Positions 22,384 to 31,552 of a stretch of 64,000 nucleotides of DNA are shown here, piece by piece. Position 1 is the stretch's first letter. The number at the start of each line of letters is the position of its first letter. A model generated the notes under the pieces. The model had not been told where the DNA came from, did no database searches, and saw nothing but the letters and a program-made list of their open reading frames with translations. This stretch comes from an uncultured Myxococcales bacterium (lineage in GTDB: Bacteria; Myxococcota; Myxococcia; Myxococcales; UBA5297), in assembly GCA_937910285.1 (NCBI GenBank), contig CALEOC010000253.1, positions 90,817 through 154,816 of the forward strand. Direction: 5' to 3'. The position numbers and the translations under genes were made by a program.

Positions 22384-24261
22384 CTATTCGAGGCGGCGCA
22401 TGATGACCCCTTCGGTGCCGACGGCCCAGACGTCGTTGACGCTGGCGCCCCAGACGCCTTGGAGGACCGTGTCTTCGGTGGCGGTCGGCTGAACCGTCCA
22501 AGCTCCGCCGCCCTGCCGTCTGAGCACGGTCCCGTAGCTGCCGACCGCCCAGACGTCTTGCGCCGAGGCTCCCCGGACCGCCGTGAGCCACTGCAGCGAA
22601 GGGCTCGTCATGAGCATCCACGAGCTGCCGTCCCAGTGGAGGATGAGGCCCATCGAGCCGACCGCCCAGACGTCGTCCGACGCGCTGCCCCAGACGCCGT
22701 CGAGGTGCTCGATCGCAAGCTCGGTCGGCGGCATCTGATGGCGGACCCAGGTCAGCCCGTCCCAGTGCAGCAGGGTGCGCTCGTTGCCGACGGCCCAGAC
22801 GTCGTCTGCGTGCATGCCCCACACGCCGAGCAGACTCTTGGTGTTCGGCGGCAGCGTCAGAGCGCTCCAGGCCGAGCCGTTCCAGCGAATCGCGAGCCCT
22901 TCACTGACGCCCCCGACGGCCCAGACCTCTTGCGGCGAGTGGACCCAGACGCTTCTCAGGTTGCTCACCTCGAAGGGCGGCGTCGCTGTCGACCATGTCG
23001 AGCCGTCCCAATGGACGACGATGCCGTCGAGCCGCTCGCTGGCATGGCCGACGACCCAGACGTCGGCGGTGGAGGAGCCGCCGATGTCCAGGAACGCGGC
23101 GCCGGCGACGGTGTGCTCGAGCGACCAAGCGGTGCCTTGCAAGTGCCAGAGCGAGCCCTGGTCGGTGGTTGCCCAGACGTCTTCGCTCGCCGAGCCCCAT
23201 ATGCCGCTCAGGTTCTCCGTGATCGGCGTGGAGACGAGGGCCCAACCGACCTCGCAGCGGTTGGCGGTCCCCGAGCCGCCGCACGCCAAAAAGTCGGCGC
23301 AGTCGCCGCAGTCCACGCTTCGCGGCTTGCCACAGACGTCCAGGGTGGCGACCGGGCCGCACTGGGCGCCGCGTCGCTCGCAGATCTCGGCATCGGTCTC
23401 TGGGCATCGGCACAGATTGGCGAAGCCCCGAGCCCCGCACTCGAGCGGCTCGGCACAGCCGCCGCAGGAGACCGAGCGCTCGATGCCGCAGGAGTCGAAG
23501 TCGGTGAGCTCGCCGCACTCCTTGTCCAGTCGCTCGCAGAGCTGCGCCTCGGTCTCGGGGCAGCCGCAGGCGTTCGGCTGAACCGAGACTCCGCAGGCGA
23601 GGGGCGAGGTGCACGAGCCGCAGTCGACGCCGCGGTCGTCGCCGCAGTTGTCGGTGGCGGAGAGTGAGCCGCACTCGGCGCCGAGCCGCGCGCAGAGCTG
23701 CCGGTCGGTCTCCGGCTCGCAGGCGCAGACGTTCGGTTCGTCGCCTCCGCCGCAGGTCTCGGGGGGGGTGCAGGCGCCGCAAACGACGGTCCGTCGTTCC
23801 CGGCAGGTGTCGGTGCCCGAGACCTCGCCACAGTTCTTTCCCAGCCGCGCGCAGAGCTGCGCGTCACTCTCGGCGGCGCAGCGGCACAGCCCGTCGGCGC
23901 AGCGCAGGCCTGAGCCGCATCCCTCTCCTGCGCAGCAGACCGCACCCTCGGCACCACAGGCTCTGCACCGTCCGTCGGATGCGCAGGCGAGGCTCGCTTC
24001 GCACTGTCGGTTCCCGCAGCAGGCTTCGCCGTCGTAGCCGCAAGCGGCGCGAATCTCTTGCTTGCAGGCGAGCACGCAGGTGGCGGCGAGGAAAAGGAGG
24101 AGTGAGAGAGGGCGACTCACGCGGGCTCCGAGTGCCGGCAGTCTAACTCTGCGGAGCCACCGGATGTGTCGTCGGACCGAGGCTTCGGGTGGCTCGTCTG
24201 CGCGCCCGGGCCGGTCGCGGCCCGGCTCGAGCTCGGTCGAAGGGACAATAGACATCGACAC
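22384..24261 (-). CDS. Secreted myxobacterial Cys-rich-repeat protein with C-terminal DVWAVG beta-propeller repeats, paralog 2 (start may be the internal GTG before VSRPLSLLLFLAATCVLAC)
   Basis: It shares the architecture of paralog 1 and lies tandem on the same strand. Confidence 0.6.
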   Translation of the reverse strand: MSMSIVPSTELEPGRDRPGRADEPPEASVRRHIRWLRRVRLPALGARVSRPLSLLLFLAATCVLACKQEIRAACGYDGEACCGNRQCEASLACASDGRCRACGAEGAVCCAGEGCGSGLRCADGLCRCAAESDAQLCARLGKNCGEVSGTDTCRERRTVVCGACTPPETCGGGDEPNVCACEPETDRQLCARLGAECGSLSATDNCGDDRGVDCGSCTSPLACGVSVQPNACGCPETEAQLCERLDKECGELTDFDSCGIERSVSCGGCAEPLECGARGFANLCRCPETDAEICERRGAQCGPVATLDVCGKPRSVDCGDCADFLACGGSGTANRCEVGWALVSTPITENLSGIWGSASEDVWATTDQGSLWHLQGTAWSLEHTVAGAAFLDIGGSSTADVWVVGHASERLDGIVVHWDGSTWSTATPPFEVSNLRSVWVHSPQEVWAVGGVSEGLAIRWNGSAWSALTLPPNTKSLLGVWGMHADDVWAVGNERTLLHWDGLTWVRHQMPPTELAIEHLDGVWGSASDDVWAVGSMGLILHWDGSSWMLMTSPSLQWLTAVRGASAQDVWAVGSYGTVLRRQGGGAWTVQPTATEDTVLQGVWGASVNDVWAVGTEGVIMRRLE

Positions 24262-24283
24262 GCGCTCGGCCGGACGGATGGGG

Positions 24284-25456
24284 TCAGAGGGCGGCCCGCA
24301 GGATCGACGCGATCTCCGCGTCGGTCAGGACCACGGGGTTCGACTTCATGCTCGAGCCTCGCGACTCCTTGACGACGGCGGCCAAGCTCGACTCGGCGAG
24401 GCCGAGCTCGCCGAGCCGCGGGATCTCCAGGCGCGCGACGAGCGACTGCGCCGCGGCGATCCCCGCCGCGCGCGCGTCGGTCGAGCGCTCGAACCGCTCG
24501 CCAGTCAGCGCCTCGCCGATCGTCGCGTAGCGCTCGAGCGCGGGGCTCGAGGCCTCGCGCGTCTCGAGCGCCTCGACGTTGGCCTCCATCGTCTGCCAGA
24601 GCACCGAGGCGCAGGCGACTCCGTGGGCGATGCCGAAGCGTGCGCCCAGCGCGGCGGCGATGCCGTGGACCGCCCCCAGTCCCGCGTTGGCGAGGCACAG
24701 GCCGCCGAGCAGGCTGGCGAGCGCCATGTCGTCGCGGGCGTCGCGATCGGCGCCGTCCTCGACGGCGCGCGGCAAGGCCTTGACGGCGCGGCGGATTCCC
24801 TCGAGCGCCAGCGCGTCGGTCGCCGGCTGTGCGCGCAGCGAGACGTACGGCTCGATGAGCTGGGTGAGCGCGTCGAGCCCGCTCGCCGCCGTCTGCGCGG
24901 GCGGCACCGAGTCGGTGAGCGCCGGGTCGACGAGCGCGACCGCCGGCAGCAGCAGCGGGCTGCGGATGCTCTTCTTGAAGCCCTCCTCGCGCGAGGAGAC
25001 GACCGCGTTGCGCGTCACCTCGCTGCCGGTGCCCGCGGTGGTCGGCACCGCGATGAGCGGCAGGGCGGGCTTCTGGAGCGCCCGGCCGGTGCCGACGCCC
25101 TCGAGGTAGTCGCGCACCGAGCCGCCGTTGGTCGCGAGGCCCGAGGCCGCCTTCGCGAGATCGAGCACCGAGCCTCCGCCGATGCCCACGACGACCTTGC
25201 TGCCGAGCGCCCGCGCCCGGGCGGCCGTCTCGTCGACCGCGGCGACCTCGGGCTCGCCGGTGGCAAAGACGCGCTCGGCCGCGACCCCGCGCTTCTGGAG
25301 CTGGTACTCGAGGCGCTGGAGCGTCTCGGAGCGCTGCAGGTGGCGGCCGGCGACGACGAGCGCGCGATCGCCGTAGCTGGCGACCAGCTCTCCGAGCAGG
25401 TCGAGGCGCCCGCGCCCGAAGGCGACCTGGCGGGCAGTCGCGAATTCGAAGTTCAT
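24284..25456 (-). CDS. Iron-containing (group III) alcohol dehydrogenase
   Basis: It has a GGGSVLDLAKA NAD-binding motif and His-rich metal site (HGIAAALG...HGVACA). It is 390 aa. Confidence 0.85.
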   Translation of the reverse strand: MNFEFATARQVAFGRGRLDLLGELVASYGDRALVVAGRHLQRSETLQRLEYQLQKRGVAAERVFATGEPEVAAVDETAARARALGSKVVVGIGGGSVLDLAKAASGLATNGGSVRDYLEGVGTGRALQKPALPLIAVPTTAGTGSEVTRNAVVSSREEGFKKSIRSPLLLPAVALVDPALTDSVPPAQTAASGLDALTQLIEPYVSLRAQPATDALALEGIRRAVKALPRAVEDGADRDARDDMALASLLGGLCLANAGLGAVHGIAAALGARFGIAHGVACASVLWQTMEANVEALETREASSPALERYATIGEALTGERFERSTDARAAGIAAAQSLVARLEIPRLGELGLAESSLAAVVKESRGSSMKSNPVVLTDAEIASILRAAL

Positions 25457-25465
25457 GGCGCGCCC

Positions 25466-25774
25466 CTACCAGGCCGATTCGGCTTTGGGGAACAGGCTCT
25501 CGTACTTGGTGCCGACGCGCGGCTGAGCCATCCAGTCCTTCACCGTCTCGCGCCAGCGCAGGTAGTGCTCGGTCTTCTGGTGCGACTCGAAGCCGGACTT
25601 GTCGCGGTAGACCTCGTAGAGCGCGAAGCGGTCGGGGTCTTCGAGGTGGCGGCTGACGTCGAAGCGCAGGTTGCCCGGCTCGTTGCGGGTGTTGCGCGCG
25701 TTCTCGAGCGTCGCGCGGACGAACTCCTCGCGGTGCTCCGGCTTGACGTGGACGTCTACGACGACGACGAACAT
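25466..25774 (-). CDS. Antibiotic-biosynthesis-monooxygenase (ABM/Dabb) domain protein
   Basis: MFVVVVDVHVKPEHREEFVRATLEN...EPGNLRFDV is a ferredoxin-like ABM fold signature. It is ~102 aa. Confidence 0.65.
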   Translation of the reverse strand: MFVVVVDVHVKPEHREEFVRATLENARNTRNEPGNLRFDVSRHLEDPDRFALYEVYRDKSGFESHQKTEHYLRWRETVKDWMAQPRVGTKYESLFPKAESAW

Positions 25775-25952
25775 GGGGCACCTCTCCGTGCGGTGTGAGA
25801 AGGCCCGGATTATTCGGGATGGCTGGGGAGAGGGCAACCGGGGACGGCGGGCTCGGAGGTCGAGCAAGCCGAGGGCACGGCAGGGCGCAGGCCCCCCGCG
25901 AGCTCATCGCCCGCGCTGCGATCTGATCGTGCGCAAGCTGTGCGAGCGGGGC

Positions 25953-26381
25953 TCAAGCTGGCAAGACCGCGAATCCCAGCTTCGAGGCGTTCACGCGTAC
26001 GCGGCGCTCCGCCGAGAGCATCGTCAAATTGCAGCCGGCTTCACGCTCGAACGCCACGGCGGTCGCCAGGTGGATGGCGTCGAGGGTTCGGAGGGGCTCG
26101 ACGGGAAAGGGCTCGCCGGCCCGCTGAAGGACTCTTGCGCTCATGTCGATGACCAAGCAGCCCGCGACGAATTCGCGAAACCAAGCCAACAGGCTCGAGC
26201 GCTCGTCGTCCGTAAACCTGCCGTCGAGGGAGGCTCGGAGCAGCACCCTCTCAACTTCGGCGATCGTCAAAGCCGAGGTAATCAGGTTGGGAAAGCCTCC
26301 GACTGGCTGAAGCAGGCGCGCGTCGTCGCTGAGCGCGACCTGTAATAGCGCGCTGCTCTCGACGTAGAGCACCGGTGTCAC
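25953..26381 (-). CDS. vapC: PIN-domain toxin (VapC-like)
   Basis: At 142 aa it shows the PIN pattern (LYVESSALL...EVERVL...LDAIHLATA). It overlaps the upstream antitoxin by 4 nt. Confidence 0.55.
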   Translation of the reverse strand: MTPVLYVESSALLQVALSDDARLLQPVGGFPNLITSALTIAEVERVLLRASLDGRFTDDERSSLLAWFREFVAGCLVIDMSARVLQRAGEPFPVEPLRTLDAIHLATAVAFEREAGCNLTMLSAERRVRVNASKLGFAVLPA

Positions 26382-26704
26382 GGGCGCTTGTCCTCGCGGA
26401 GATCATCGAGAATCTCCTGGGCGGCATTCTGGGGAAGCGCGACCTTGGGCCGCCGCCTGGCGAGTTGCCGGATGTGGGCGCGCAGGTCTTCCGGCGGAAC
26501 CATCGCGGGCTTGACGAAGCCGCTCTCGATGGCCCGCTGGAGCCGCACTTCGAAGGAGTCCGTGGCTTGGCCTGCGGTCTTCGGGGAACGGACCTCGGCG
26601 ACCACGCGACCGCGATCGGTCACCAGCACGACCTCGCCTCGTTGGACTTCGCGCAGATACTCACTGAGCTTGGCCTTGAACTCCCGGACCCCCGCGGTCT
26701 TCAT
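26378..26704 (-). CDS. Phd/YefM-family antitoxin
   Basis: MKTAGVREFKAKLSEYLREVQRGEVVLVTDRGRVVAEV matches the Phd/YefM N-terminus. It has an ATGA overlap with the toxin. Confidence 0.65.
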   Translation of the reverse strand: MKTAGVREFKAKLSEYLREVQRGEVVLVTDRGRVVAEVRSPKTAGQATDSFEVRLQRAIESGFVKPAMVPPEDLRAHIRQLARRRPKVALPQNAAQEILDDLREDKRP

Positions 26705-27047
26705 GCGCTGATTGTGGCCACCGATGACCACATTCGTTAGCCGTCGCCTCCCCTGCGGCCGGCCGTCCGGCTGGGAGCAAGCGTGTGTGCCGTTGCCAGC
26801 AATCGGCAGCGCCGCGCGGGCCTCGGGCGCGCCTTCGCGGGTGGACGAGCGGGTGCCGTCGCTCGGGGGAGCCGACCGCGCCCCGGCGCCGGCTGTGCGA
26901 TAGTCCGCGTCTGCTCATGAACCTCGAGCCGCTCGTCAAATCGCCGCCCTGGCTGCCGTCTTCGCGACCGTCACGCTCCAGCGGAATCCGGCAGCGCCCC
27001 ATGAGGACCGGCTGCTCGCGCGAGCTCATTCGCGAGGAGGTCTTGCG

Positions 27048-28625
27048 ATGCGCTTCTGGAATAGAAGAGCGGCTGCGGACGAGGCCGACAGCCCGGCCCG
27101 GCTGTTGACGCCCGCCGAGCGGCCCCGGCAGCCTTTCCCGCGCTTGGCGGCGCTCGCCGTGGGGCTGGGCGCGCTCGTCAACATCCCCATCCCCGAGAGC
27201 GCGGGGCTGGCGCTGGCGCCGGGCTTCGCCGTGGCCATCCTCGGCGCGGCGTCGATGGCCGCGTGGCTCGAGGAGCGCATCTACTACCGGATGGCGCGGC
27301 GCCCGATGCCGGCACGCCTGGCCTTAGGTGCGCTGCTGGCGCCGGTTGGCCTCGTGGCTGGCATCCTGCTGGCGGCGCTCCTCAGCCCGCTGGGAAAGGT
27401 GTTGGGCGACGAGGCGACGCTCGCGGTCGCGGTCTTCCTGGGCGCCTGGTGGCTCTCGATGGCCTCGCTCGGCAGCACCGTCATCCTGGTCATCGACGCC
27501 CTCGCCAGCATCGCGCGGCGGTTCCGCTCGCGAATCATCCTCGCCGTGCTCGGCTTGCTGCTACTCGTCTCCTCGGTCTCGGCCGCGGCGGTCTTCGCGG
27601 TCAGCCAAGCCATCAGCGGGGCGGTGGGCGCCGAGAAGGCGCACTTCAACGCAAACTTGTCCATCGGCTACGTCCGCATCGACCGCGACGCCGGCGCCAT
27701 CTTCTCGAAGGACGACACCTCGTCGCTCGTCGTCATGCTGCTCTGCTTGGTCACCGTCGTCGCCCTCCCCGCGCTCCTGAGCGCCTGCGGCAAGCTGGCC
27801 GACGCGGTCATGGAGCGCCTCCACCCGCTGGCGGCGGGCTTTCGCGCCATCGCCGCGGGCGACTTCGACGTGCGCGTCGAGGAGGCGGGCAGCGTCGAGA
27901 TCATCGACCTGAACCGCGGCTTCAACGCCATGGCCGCGCACCTCGGCGTCGCGACGCGGATGGAGCGCGCCTTCGGCACCTACCTCGGCAAGCAGGTGAT
28001 GGAGCGCATCCGGGCGCAGCACGGCGAGGCCTCGCTGCCGGCGGCCTCGCGCGAGGCGAGCGTCTTCTTCGCCGACGTGCGCGGCTTCACCGCGATGAGC
28101 GAGAAGCTCGAGCCCGCGCAGGTCTTGGCCGTGCTCAACCGCTACTTCGAGCGGGTCGTCGAGGTCATCGACGAGCACGAGGGCTACCTCAACAAGTTCA
28201 TCGGCGATGCGGTGGTGGTGGTCTTCAACGGCCCCATCGATCAGCCCGACCACGCCGAGCGCGCCGTGCGCTGCGCCCGCGCCCTGCTGCAGGCGGTGGC
28301 GGCGATGAACGCCGCGGGCGCCTTCGCCGACGTCGGCGGTCTGCAGGTCGGCGTGGGCCTCGCCACCGGCCCGGTCGTCGCCGGCAACCTCGGGTCGTCC
28401 AAGCAGATGGAGTACACGGTCATCGGCGACACGGTGAACCTCGCCTCGAGGCTCACCTCCAAGGCGCCTGAGGGCGAGGTCTGGGCGAGCGAGCAGACCG
28501 CAAAGAGCTTGCCGGCCGGAGAGGCGCAGGCGCTCGAGCCGATACGAGTCAAGGGCAAGGAGAAGCCGGTCGCGCCGTACCGGGTCTGGCCGAAGCCGGG
28601 CGGGGTAGAGGCTGCGGTGGGGTAG
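27048..28625 (+). CDS. Membrane-bound class III adenylate/guanylate cyclase with HAMP domain
   Basis: It has ~6 TM helices, a HAMP region (AAGFRAIAAGDFDVRVEE...LNRGFNAMAAHL), and a cyclase domain (VFFADVRGFTAMSE...FIGDAVVVVF...TGPVVAGNLGS). Confidence 0.85.
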   Translation: MRFWNRRAAADEADSPARLLTPAERPRQPFPRLAALAVGLGALVNIPIPESAGLALAPGFAVAILGAASMAAWLEERIYYRMARRPMPARLALGALLAPVGLVAGILLAALLSPLGKVLGDEATLAVAVFLGAWWLSMASLGSTVILVIDALASIARRFRSRIILAVLGLLLLVSSVSAAAVFAVSQAISGAVGAEKAHFNANLSIGYVRIDRDAGAIFSKDDTSSLVVMLLCLVTVVALPALLSACGKLADAVMERLHPLAAGFRAIAAGDFDVRVEEAGSVEIIDLNRGFNAMAAHLGVATRMERAFGTYLGKQVMERIRAQHGEASLPAASREASVFFADVRGFTAMSEKLEPAQVLAVLNRYFERVVEVIDEHEGYLNKFIGDAVVVVFNGPIDQPDHAERAVRCARALLQAVAAMNAAGAFADVGGLQVGVGLATGPVVAGNLGSSKQMEYTVIGDTVNLASRLTSKAPEGEVWASEQTAKSLPAGEAQALEPIRVKGKEKPVAPYRVWPKPGGVEAAVG

Positions 28626-28680
28626 GGACCGCCCGTCGTGCCCCACGGCCCGGAGCGCCTTCGAGCTGGCGTTTCCCGCG

Positions 28681-28785
28681 GCCCGCCCGCCCCCGATCGC
28701 CGAGAGCGGAGGCCGAGCTTGCGAGGCCGAAGTCGAAGGGCCTCTCGACTCCACCCCTTCGTTCCTCAGGAGGCTACGCTCGAGG
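28681..28785. repeat. REP-like double-hairpin element, copy b
   Basis: It reads GCCCGCCCCCGATCGCCGAGAGCGGAGGCCGAGCTTGCGAGGCCGAAGTCGAAGGGCCTCTCGACTCCACCCCTTCGTTCCTCAGGAGGC. It is in tandem with copy c. Confidence 0.55.
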
Positions 28786-28837
28786 TGAGCGGCGGTCGGG
28801 CCGAAGTCGAGCAACTGTCTCATTGGTCAAGAGCCCG

Positions 28838-28927
28838 AGCCCGCCCCCGGTCACCCCGAGCGCAGGCCCAGCTTGCGAGGCCGAAGTCGAGGGGCCTCGA
28901 CTTCGCCTCCCTCGTTCCTCGGGAGGC
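28838..28927. repeat. REP-like double-hairpin element, copy c (best preserved)
   Basis: Stem 1 is CGAAGTCGAGG-GGC-CCTCGACTTCG and stem 2 is GCCTCCC-TCGTTCC-TCGGGAGGC. Stem 2 ends exactly at the prs stop codon, so it is a probable bidirectional terminator between convergent genes. Confidence 0.55.
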
Positions 28928-29854
28928 CTACAGCTCGCTCTTCAAGTAATCGGCGAAGAGCCCGGCGACCGATTCGATCTCGAGCAGCGACGAGCGCAGC
29001 TCGAGCGCCCGCGGGTGGCTGTCGGTGCAGACGATGTGCTCGAAAAGGCCCGAACGCTGCAGCCGGCCCAGGGCGTCGCCCGGCAGCACGCCGTGCGTCG
29101 CGATGGCCGAGATGCTCGCCGCGCCGGCCGCCCGATAGGCGCGGGCGGCGTTGATGAGCGAGCCGCCGGTACGGATCATGTCGTCGTAGATGACGACGTG
29201 GGCGCCCTTGACGTGGGCGCTCACCGCGGTCACCTCGGTCGTGCCGTCCTCGTGCCGGCGCTTGAAGACGAACGAGGCGGTGACGCCCGAGTCGAGCGCC
29301 ATCCGCTCGACCCACTTCGCGCGGCCGGCGTCGGTGGCCGCGAGCACGAACCCCGGACCTGCGAGCCGCTGGGCCGCGCGCATGATGACCGGCGTGCCGC
29401 GCAGGTGCACCGGGCGGATGGCGCCCTCGAAGTAGAAGGGGATGCCCTCCGAGTGCAGGTCGAGCAGCACCACCCGGCTGCCGGTGGCCGGCACCGGAAT
29501 GGACGAAAGCAGCCGCGCCCGGGTCTTCGCCGTGACGATCTCGCGCGGCTTCGAGACCCGCTCCATCGTCGCGTAGCCGAAGAACGGGATGACCAGCGTC
29601 AGGCTGCGCACGTCCTCCTGCACGAGCCCGCAGGCGAGGTCGTAGAGCTCGAGCGTCTCGGTCTCGTTGATCGTCCCGCCGACCACCACCGCGTCGCGGC
29701 CGTCCACGTCGCTGAGGATGCGCTGGTAGTGCTCACCGTCGGGGAACTGCTTGCGCTCGAGCTGGCCGAGATCGAAGTCGGCGAGCGCGGCGATCTGGCC
29801 CTGCAGCTCGAGGTAGGAGCTGGTTGCGAAGACGAGCGGCTTGTCGTGCTTCAT
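28928..29854 (-). CDS. prs: Ribose-phosphate pyrophosphokinase (PRPP synthetase)
   Basis: Prs family: ...RKQFPDGEHYQRI..., a PRPP-binding loop VVIYDDMIRTGGSLINAA, 308 aa. Confidence 0.9.
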   Translation of the reverse strand: MKHDKPLVFATSSYLELQGQIAALADFDLGQLERKQFPDGEHYQRILSDVDGRDAVVVGGTINETETLELYDLACGLVQEDVRSLTLVIPFFGYATMERVSKPREIVTAKTRARLLSSIPVPATGSRVVLLDLHSEGIPFYFEGAIRPVHLRGTPVIMRAAQRLAGPGFVLAATDAGRAKWVERMALDSGVTASFVFKRRHEDGTTEVTAVSAHVKGAHVVIYDDMIRTGGSLINAARAYRAAGAASISAIATHGVLPGDALGRLQRSGLFEHIVCTDSHPRALELRSSLLEIESVAGLFADYLKSEL

Positions 29855-31326
29855 TGCTGGAGCTGCCTCGCTTTGAGAATGAGCCGGGTCTTGACGAGGT
29901 GGAGGGTCTCTTCGAGACCGGCCGGATACGAGTGAGGATTGAGAAAGCGCTTGATGCTCGGGTGCAGCATCGAGAGCTGGCTCCTCGTCCTTTCGCGCGC
30001 CTGGTCGAGTGGCGGTGGTTCGTAGACCTTTTGGCCGCCCCTGAATACCGGAACGAGCAGGTCTTCGCCCGGTGAATCTTCCGAGAAGCGCTGGCGGCGC
30101 GTCGCGTCGGAGGGGTCGACGATCGTCGGCGGGCTCGCGCCCGGCCCGAGCAGCTCGTCCCAGATCATGTCGCCGGCGAAGAGCCCGTTGGCGGTGAAGC
30201 GGCGCGTCTGCAGGATGCCGGGCGTGGTGGTCTTGGTGAGCTGCTCGGAGAGCTTGAGCCGATGCTCCCAGCGCCCACCGGGCTCGCGCACCGCCGACAG
30301 CTTGTAGATGCCGCCGAGCGCCGGCTGGTCGAAGGCCGTGGCTAGCCGCGTGCCCACGCCCCAGAGGTCGATGCGCGCGCCCTGCTCCTGGAGGCTCTCG
30401 ATGATCTGCTCGTCGAGGTCCCCGCTGGCGACGATCTTGGCGTTGGGGAAGCCCTCCTCGTCGAGGATGGCGCGGGCGCGGATGCTCAGGTACGCGAGGT
30501 CGCCGGAGTCGAGCCGGATGCCCAAGAGCTCGTGGCCATGCTCGCGCAGCCAGCGCCCGGTCTGTGCCGCGCGGCGCGTGCCCTCGAGGCTGTCAAAGGT
30601 GTCGACGAGCAAGATGCAGTTGTTGGGCATCGCCTCGGCGTAAGCCTGGAAGGCTTGCTGCTCGTGCTCGAAGGCCAGCACGAAGCTGTGCGCGTGCGTG
30701 CCGCGCACCGGGATGCCGAAGATCCTGCCGGCGAGCAGGTTGGAGGTCGCGTCGACGCCGCCGACGAAGGCGGCGCGGCACGAGGAGAGGCCTCCGTCGA
30801 CGCCCTGCGCGCGCCGCAGGCCGAACTCGACTACCGGCTGGTCCTTGGCGGCGAGCTTGACGCGCGCCGCCTTGGTCGCGACCAGGGTCTGGAAGTTGAT
30901 CAGCGTCAGCAGCGGCGTCTCGAGGAGCTGGCAGTGGAGGATGGGGCCTTTGACGCGCACCAACGGCTCCTGCGGGAAGACGACCGTGCCCTCGGGCACC
31001 GCGTCGAGGTCGCAGGCGAGCCGCAGGCCGCGCAGGTGATCGAGGAACGCCGGCCTGAAGAGCGGCTTGCCGTCGGCGCCGTTGAGCGAGGCGAGGTAGG
31101 CGAGGTCGTCGTCGTCGAAGCGCAGCGTCTCCACGTAGTCGACCGCCGGTCCCAGCCCGCAGGCGACCGCAAAGCCACCCTGGAACGGGTTCTCGCGAAA
31201 GTGCAGGTAGAAGACGGCCTCGCGCTCGGCGACGCCGGACTTCCAATACGCGTAGGCCATCGTCAGTTGATACAGGTCCGTCAGCAGCGCGAGCGATGGC
31301 CGGTACAGCTCACTCGGAACCTTCAT
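29851..31326 (-). CDS. pncB: Nicotinate phosphoribosyltransferase
   Basis: LLTDLYQLTMAYAYWKSG...GLRRAQGVDGG...GIRLDSGDL is diagnostic of NAPRTase. It has a 4-nt overlap with prs. Confidence 0.85.
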   Translation of the reverse strand: MKVPSELYRPSLALLTDLYQLTMAYAYWKSGVAEREAVFYLHFRENPFQGGFAVACGLGPAVDYVETLRFDDDDLAYLASLNGADGKPLFRPAFLDHLRGLRLACDLDAVPEGTVVFPQEPLVRVKGPILHCQLLETPLLTLINFQTLVATKAARVKLAAKDQPVVEFGLRRAQGVDGGLSSCRAAFVGGVDATSNLLAGRIFGIPVRGTHAHSFVLAFEHEQQAFQAYAEAMPNNCILLVDTFDSLEGTRRAAQTGRWLREHGHELLGIRLDSGDLAYLSIRARAILDEEGFPNAKIVASGDLDEQIIESLQEQGARIDLWGVGTRLATAFDQPALGGIYKLSAVREPGGRWEHRLKLSEQLTKTTTPGILQTRRFTANGLFAGDMIWDELLGPGASPPTIVDPSDATRRQRFSEDSPGEDLLVPVFRGGQKVYEPPPLDQARERTRSQLSMLHPSIKRFLNPHSYPAGLEETLHLVKTRLILKARQLQQ

Positions 31327-31552
31327 CGAGACGACCCCCGGGAGAATGCGAGCGCCAGTCAGCGCGCGGCCCGCCCGGAGGGTCAAGGCAGCAGCGGCGG
31401 CCGGAGGGGCGATGTGCCGTCTCGCAGACGCGGCGGGAGGTCCCGAGCTCCGCAGGAGAGGCGCGGGCGGAGGGGCGGCGAGCCGGCTTCTCCGCGCAAT
31501 CGGGCGAGTCGCGTCCGGCCGCTCGCGCGTCGGTGCGGCAGACAACCGCCGT

